A stretch of 60,000 bases of DNA from Amphiscolops sp. MND2022 (taxonomy: Eukaryota), in the NCBI GenBank assembly GCA_964187785.1, contig OZ076413.1:46316001-46376000 (forward strand), in the 5' to 3' direction. The notes beneath the pieces are model-generated. The model was given only the letters and a program-made list of their open reading frames with translations. It was not told the origin of the DNA and ran no database searches. A program made the translations under genes and the position numbers. Positions 53,209-60,000 of the stretch are shown piece by piece (position 1 is the first letter of the stretch; each line of letters starts with the position of its first letter).

Positions 53209-53502
53209 TCACTGAGTCAATCTATAAAAGCTCCCCATATAAGCCATGAGTTCTTCGAGTGCACCCCGCTCCGTTGCATTGAGATTACCCGCTGTTCTTC
53301 GATAAACGCGGAGGAGCGCCGACAGACTCCTCCACTCCTCTGTTCCCGGGCGTATTTCTACTTCTCGCCGCCCTCGGGTTGCGGTGGATACTTCCACTGT
53401 CATGGGTGCCCGGTCGAAGAGGCAGAAGATTCTTACTACTCGTACGTACTCATTATGGTTGGGTAAGTACCAATTGCTTATATACAGTCCCATAAAAGCC
53501 AT
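53209..53502 (-). CDS. Small accessory ORF (97 aa), unknown function
   Basis: ATG-initiated, uninterrupted, GC-richer island in AT-rich flanks, followed by A/T-rich 3' sequence. Confidence 0.5.
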   Translation of the reverse strand: MAFMGLYISNWYLPNHNEYVRVVRIFCLFDRAPMTVEVSTATRGRREVEIRPGTEEWRSLSALLRVYRRTAGNLNATERGALEELMAYMGSFYRLTQ

Positions 53503-53929
53503 GAACGCAAAATGGTGAAAAAATCAATCGATAATAATACTCAGCAACCTCGAACTTTACTTGCTATTCGTGCCAACAAAAATGCCTATTTTCAAATTTT
53601 AGTACTCGTGAGGTTTAATTCGACGGGCTGCTTCGAGATCTGTTTAGAGAGCAAACAATTGTTTCCTGTACTTCTTTACTTTCGGCAACATTCGGGTACG
53701 GGGTTGTTTTTAAATGGTTCTCCTTTTACTTGTTTAGATATTCGTATTCAGAAGTATGTCAAAGAATCAAAAATTAAATGAAGTGGGATTTTCGTCGTTG
53801 GAAGTTTTGTTTACTCGACATATTTACTTTTTTACCACAGTCAACTTTCGCCAGCCCGGAGGTTCGGTACTGCTTAATTATACATCCATACGCTTTCCTC
53901 TACGCCTAATTCAAAACGAGAATAACAAC

Positions 53930-54298
53930 ATGGCACAAGGTCCTTTCCTATTGAGTCTGTATTGGGAATCTCAGTACTTCCGCGTGGTGTTCGAGATCAC
54001 CCGTATGGAAATAGCAGAACATCACGAGGTCCAGCTGACCGTGGAGGGCGAATTGGGCGCGTTATGTCTGGACTACCTTAGCCCTGGTTGGGTAGAATTC
54101 GTCATCTTCCTGAGGAACCTCGCCACATCGGAGATTGGTCTGGTGGGAGTGCAAAAATTTCGTCTCCTCATTGCCCGCCAAAAACTCTGGAGTGCTCTGC
54201 GGGAGCCAACTCCCACATTTCTTACTTTAATTCATCCGTATAAACATCATCTGTCATCATCGATTTCCTTCGTTAAAATTGAAATACAGTATTCATAG
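53930..54298 (+). CDS. Small accessory ORF (122 aa from MAQGP), antisense to the element, unknown function
   Basis: Good start context aacaacATGG; GC-richer open frame divergent from 53209-53502. Confidence 0.5.
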   Translation: MAQGPFLLSLYWESQYFRVVFEITRMEIAEHHEVQLTVEGELGALCLDYLSPGWVEFVIFLRNLATSEIGLVGVQKFRLLIARQKLWSALREPTPTFLTLIHPYKHHLSSSISFVKIEIQYS

Positions 54299-55035
54299 CT
54301 CTGCCTCTAATTTGAGAAAGTCCCCTTTAATGCTTACGAACGAGTACGATTCAGGGTTCGGCCGAGTGGTCTAAGCCCCCTTTAAAGAGAAGGGCGAGTG
54401 GTCAAAGAATGTAACAAAAAAACTACTGCACAAAACTAAATCAAAGCAAATCTGGGGGCTACGATTCATCACGAGGTACAAAACACTGATTTTGCACCGC
54501 ATCATTAACTCGGGGTAGTCATTTTAGGGAAGGGAGGTCGATTGATCGTAGATAATAAAAAACTATATATAGTCAAGGCGGAACACCGCTTTGAAAGAAG
54601 AGTATCTCAGGGCGATTAAAACATGGGGCAGGGGTCATAATTCGTCGAAGAGACATACTTTCTTTGGAAGGGGGAATCCTCAGGAACAGGTCTCGTTGGG
54701 TCGTGAAAATTATACGCAAGAACATGCCTTGAGCCTTGGGGGGGCTGACATTGTTTCGAGGCGCCGTTGTTTTAGTAATACCCAAAATTCTAAAAGCTAC
54801 CACTGCTAATTCAAAATTCTTTCTTTCCTTCTGCTCGCTTCGAAACAACGTCACAGGGGGGTTTCAGGTGTTCGCGGGTGGTGCGTTACCTGATTAATAG
54901 AAAAAACAAGAACAAAAAAACGTAAGATTAAGGAAAGTTTCACTATGTTTCGTAAAGTCGTCAAGCCGAATCGAAGTTTCGGGTCAAATACATCTAACCA
55001 AAGACACGTCAATCTCCCGAAGTGATAGTTGTTCT

Positions 55036-57528
55036 TTAAGCCATCATCTTCTCACGTTTGTACGGTCCTGTGGCATCCAGCTGAGCCGCTCCGCGTTTGA
55101 CTGACCACAATCCTGCATTCTCGCTCCTCTTGTGTCGGAGAGACCGCAACCATCGCTCCTTGAACTTTCCCAGTTCTGATTGTTGGTTCCTGTCGAACCA
55201 GTCGTCAATGTACTCCGAGCTGGAAGGTGTCGGCGAAGGGCGTTCTCCCCTTCTGCTTCCAACTTCTTCGACGTCAGTCTCGCAATTGGGAGTCGGGTTC
55301 TGCTGAGGGACTACATACACTGTAATAGCTACGTGACTCCCTTTGAAGACGTCTTTAATTAGGCTTCGTATTTCACTCCAATTCAGTTTATCCAACCCAC
55401 AGCCCATCCTCGGCAGGCCTATTCTATTGACCCCAGACCACTCCGCGTGGGTTCTCATCTGTTGCAGCGACGTTTTCACGGATTCGTAGGTCGGTTTCTC
55501 GAAGTATTGTTGTTTGGTGACCAAGTGATACACGTAACGACGTTCTCCTTCAATCCACTGCGCAAAAACTGGCTGTCTTTTGTGGTTGACATCCTTCGGA
55601 TAAGTAGTGGGATACCTCGTTTTGACTTGCTTGGCAACTCCGATCCCCATGTGGAAATCTGCCGAAACACAGTGAGCCAAACAACCTTTGGACGAAAATA
55701 TGTCTCCTTCGATCTCTTTGTACTTCAGGTTTCCGCGTCCTCCGTCGACGTCATCATCGCCAAAAAGGTTCACCTGATGAGGTTTCAGGGTAGTAACGAT
55801 GGAGCATCCGCTGCCATCACTCCTGTTCTGAGACTCTGTTGTCGATACCATGCGGAAATCAGCATCTGTGTCCACTATCATTGCGTCCCATCGCCTTGGT
55901 GGCGGTTTCTCTCCGGAATCCCATCTGGGATTCTTGCTGTCGGGAACGCTCAAGTGCTGAGTGGAGGATGTCGACCGTGAGAGTTCAGTCTCCGCGCTTT
56001 CACGGCTGTCACTGGTGCTCCGCTGGTAACAACTTCCGTCTTCGCCCCATTGCGATGCAACAACTCTCATTTTCAGCGGTTCTGAGGACAGAGGAGGTAT
56101 GGACAGTTCGTCTTTCCCAAATTCAAAAATCATTCTATGCTTTTTCACGAAGTTCAAGCCTAGAATAACGGATGGCTCGCAGTGGGGAACCACCACAAAT
56201 TCTTCCTGCTCCTTCAAGGGTCCCAGCTGCAAATTCAGTCGGGTTAATCCTTTAGTCGTCACTGGTTGACCGTCTACAGACCGCAACTCTCCACGAAACT
56301 CTTTGACCTCATCAGGGGGTCTAAGCGATTCCATTGTACTTGAGTCCACCACGTTCACGCCAGCTCCCGTGTCTAACAAAATGTCCATCTCTTTCTCCTC
56401 AATTCGGGCTTTCACAAAGACACCGCTGTTACAACGAGAACAGTCTACCACACGCACAGCGTTCAGCGATTTTCTTTCAATTGCTAAGCCGGCCCTCTCA
56501 ACAATTTGTGCAGCTTTCTCTCTTGTCAACTTCCCATGCACCTCTGGAGCGTCTTCGACCACAACTTGCCGTTTGGGGCATTGTTGAGGAAAGTGTCCAA
56601 AACCATCGCAAACAGGGCAGACATCGGCTACAAAACCGCCATTCCCCTTGAATTTTCGTTCGGTCACCACAGTGGTGGCCTCGCGTTTATGTGGGTCTGC
56701 CATCCCAGCCTGCTTCTCAGGCCTCACAGTTGTTGACAGAGTTTCCATAAAAGTCATCATCTTCTGCGTCATCTGGTTCATTCTTCTAGTGAGCAGATGT
56801 AAACCCTCTTTCCACGGTTCGTCCGAAAAGGCACGAACGTCACGACTGGGTTCCCGCTGTCTCCCAAACTCTTCGTACCGCTCTTGTTCATTCCGTGAAC
56901 GGCCACGTGTTGTTCGAGCAATAACTTCCAAGTCAACAGCCCTGTTCACTAGATCCCCAAAAGTTTGTGGGTTTTCTTTCAACAACTGAACTTCCAGTTT
57001 TACATCGCCCGAACCCTCGAGGAACTTCTCGCGGAACAACTCGTCTCTCGTGTTGGGGTCCTTCTCTGAGTAGGCAATCTTTCCAATGTTCCTCACTCGT
57101 CGGGCAAATTCCCTCAGGGTTTCCTCTGGTTGCTGTCGAAGTTTTCTAAATTCTGCTTTCCCCAGACGGTCATTTCGCATCATCCCCATTTCTCTACCCA
57201 GGTAATTGAATAGTGCAGCTAACGTAGGTGCATCTTCCCCATCCACTTGCTCTCTCAGTTCTCGAGGCGCAGCGTTGTACTCGTCCAATGCGTACCCAAT
57301 CAAGCACACAGGCACAGCTTGCAGACCTTGCAACTCAGTCCATCCGTTGGCTCTGCCAACTCTGTAAAATTGCGTTTTCCATTGGGACCAATCTGGATAG
57401 TTCTGCGAGGGGAAGCTGTCAGGTCTGATTGCCCCATTGCCAAACAGCCGATTCTCATTCCCGTTGAGGCCCTGTATCACCCCTTAGGCGACAGCCTCCA
57501 TTATTGCAACTCGCTGTTCGTCTTCCAT
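55036..57528 (-). CDS. Gag (CCHC) - aspartic protease - TARG1/OARD1-like macrodomain polyprotein; premature TAA at codon 15
   Basis: CPVCDGFGHFPQQC; ILLDTGA; EGDIF...LAHCVSADFHMGIGVA...YHLVTK...KPTY...LPRMGCGLDKLNW; in-frame ATG at 57528 with TAA at 57484-57486, then 816 open codons. Confidence 0.92.
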
Positions 57529-57716
57529 ACCCAAAGCGTTACTTCAGGCACCAACTAGTTGCAATAGAGAAACCTCTCTGTTCTGTTGTACAAGAACGTT
57601 CTCAGTCGATCAACCTCATCCGATAATGTGGTTGTTTTGGTCGCGTCGTCAAGGGATTACAGCTAAGTCCCAGTAAAAAAATTCCAAAATAACAGCGATA
57701 CAGGACTACGAAAATT

Positions 57717-57734
57717 GCCCACCCAGGAGCGCCA
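57717..57734 (-). other. Primer-binding site of element 3 (tRNA-Asn-like)
   Basis: Minus strand TGGCGCTCCTGGGTGGGC, 1 nt after the LTR-terminal CA. Confidence 0.85.
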
Positions 57735-57735
57735 C

Positions 57736-59649
57736 TGTAGAAATTTTTGCTAGAGGGTTGGAGAGAAATCCCAATGCTCGATTCTAACAGAACGGTTTAG
57801 TTTTTGGTGAGTAAGTTTCGTCCACGTATCGCGTACTCTTTTCACAATGTCTCTCCAGTGCTCAAGTTTCGACTCCAAAAACTCTGTGGAAAAGTTACTT
57901 GCAATTAATACTCTAATTCAGGAATTATCTGGATAATACAAGTCGAAGATTTCCACAGTACATAGACTCTCAATCAAATAACAATCGCACAGCAGATGAA
58001 TGAATTATATATAATAACTCGACAGAACTGTGCCAAAATCACGATTCACTCAAAGATTCTCAAGTCCCGGACTTATAACTTATTCGCTGCTCTCACAAAG
58101 CAGTTAAGTCAATTTTGATCTCGAGTAGGTTTCTTGCCCGCACGCGGCTCAACTTACTCTTAACTTCGTAATCGTTCTTCTGTGTCAATTCGGTCTCCTT
58201 TTTCCCTCCCTAAGATATTTATCCATCAGCCGCATTTTTGTTGTAACTTCATGTAGTTTCAATCCTTTTATGGCATGGCAGCTCCCTAGTTATGTTTCGG
58301 CCAGACATACTTCGCCGCCAACGACAAATACTTCAACAAAGGTTGTACAAAGTTCACATTTCAATAATAATTCAAGTCAACCAAGATATTTCCAATTTCG
58401 GGCCAATCGTTTAATGACCTTCAGTTACATGGTTTACATGCTCTCTACGTGTGAGGGTTATTTTTCCGTCCTTTTGGGCGCAATGCATCGCGAATCGTTC
58501 CGCCTGGCTGAATTGCATAAATTATCACACAAAGACGCTGATTTACATGTTTTATAATAAGTTTCTCTATATGTTCCTAGGTTTCATCTGAAATGACCTT
58601 GAGGTCCATCGGTGACCTTGAAGTTATTTGTCCTCTTTAATGTCGCTACATGCCAAGTTATGTCATCCTAGGGTCAATAGTCTTAGAGTTACATGATATG
58701 CGTATAGTTTGTTTACTCAAGGCGGTTACCCCCGCATGGGTTACAAATATGGTTCCCTTCACGTTATTAATCGACTACATTCATCATTCCGGTTCGTTTG
58801 AGGTATTACAAGCCAAGGTCAATTGTCTTCTATCGGTCGGGCCCGCGCGTCCGGTCCGCGTGCCTTAAACAAACATTACTCCGCGCGTGGTGTATCAATT
58901 AATGTATCTTTCATGTATATTACTTAGGGTTACTAGGTGAACATCTTGGGTAAGTTTCATAATCTTCGGGTCATCCGTTGGCTATTTACATAACGTTCGG
59001 TGTTTATTTACTTAGGGTCCGTACTCCTCCTACACGCGTCATAGGGTTCCGAAAATATGCGCAAACGTCTTAATATCATTTGGGCTATCGATTCCATATA
59101 TAATACGACTTATTCCGTGCTTGGCTGACGAGATCGTAGGGGGGTCAACCTAGGTCACTTCCGGTGCTAATAGCCGGGGGCTGGGGGTCTCAGCTCTGTT
59201 CCGTTTTCATAACAGTAGCATGACAGCTCAGGTATACGTGTGTCAAATTTCAGGTCTCTACGATTAATAGTCTTTGAGAAAAACCGTTTGGGGGGGGGGT
59301 TTGCAGAAAATTGATGATTGGTTTTTCCTAGCGTATCTTAGAGTAATTTCGCTCAAAAGTGGGACTTAGTAAAATTCGCTCTCAGAGATCGACTCCGACT
59401 TAGCCGATTCGAATCATTTCATCGCTGACAACACTCACTAACATATTAATTCTACCTAAGAACTTTCGTTTACTAAGTAAATACCTAGGTTGCCAAATAA
59501 GCCATATCGAAGCATGCTATTGTCAGCCTGTTCAGCTGTTTTCACTATTACGACGGTCTAAAAACATGATTAACATAGTTCTGCCTAGCGTATGTACTTC
59601 GCGCAAAAGCAATCGGTTTTCGTAGACGCCTAAAACTAAAATTTCCACA
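57736..59649 (-). repeat. 5' LTR of element 3 (1914 bp)
   Basis: TGT...ACA termini; direct repeat of 51086-52841. Confidence 0.95.
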
Positions 59650-59790
59650 GAAAGCGGGCCCTTTAGTCTCGCCCGGTAATGTATGTTACGCAGAAAAAAA
59701 GGAAAAACATTTCTGGTTCAGTTCTCTGGGCCAACAAGTACAATTTAAAAATTTGCAGAACTTATAGTAGAACTATTTTGGTCACTTCTG
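59650..59790 (+). repeat. 141-bp direct repeat flanking element 3 (right copy)
   Basis: Matches 50945-51085 with 2 substitutions. Confidence 0.95.
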
Positions 59791-60000
59791 GTGTATTGGG
59801 TAATATATAAAACCATGCATTAAAATCGCACACCACACAGCTAAAAGCTGGGGCTCCAAGTAACAAACAAGTAAAACGACTCATTTTGTTGTTTTCGCTA
59901 TTTAGGTAGCATTTTGCTAAAAACCAGCAAAGGCGAGTTAGCAGCACCTGTAAATGCATTTTTTTACCGAAACCACCTTAGCAGAAGCAAAACGTTTCGC

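Larger units (their letters stand above)
51086..59649 (-). mobile_element. Non-autonomous LTR retroelement encoding Gag-PR-macrodomain (element 3)
   Basis: Paired long LTRs, PBS and PPT on the minus strand; one long ORF; no RT, RH or IN motifs in the 4.9-kb internal region. Confidence 0.95.

Noticed and set aside
55097..57558. Several plus-strand ORFs of 60-177 aa
   Set aside because: Shadow frames of the Gag-PR-macrodomain ORF
17303..59649. Elements 1 and 3 as an autonomous/non-autonomous pair (LTRs 1916 vs 1914 bp)
   Set aside because: No visible LTR sequence similarity and different PBS tRNAs; the length match looks coincidental

Overview
AT-rich eukaryotic (probably invertebrate animal) DNA made up almost entirely of transposable elements; no complete host gene is evident. 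There are three LTR retroelements. (1) 17303-33690 (+) is a 16.4-kb Ty3/Gypsy element with 1916-bp LTRs and a GTTGA target-site duplication. Its gag starts inside the 5' LTR, its pol is disabled, and it carries an antisense, intron-containing gene resembling a zinc-finger/hAT transposase plus an extra ORF that runs into the 3' LTR. (2) About 37321-47795 (+) is a decayed Mag-like Gypsy element with two near-identical internal tandem duplications (periods 3513 and 1092 bp). (3) 51086-59649 (-) is a non-autonomous LTR element encoding Gag-protease fused to a TARG1/OARD1(DarG)-like macrodomain, with no RT, RNase H or integrase. It has two small divergent ORFs and is flanked by a 141-bp direct repeat instead of a short TSD. 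The rest comprises MITEs (hAT-type and CMC-type), fold-back palindromes, tRNA-derived SINE remnants, degenerate tandem arrays and one candidate host exon. All family assignments were made by eye from motifs; no searches were run.
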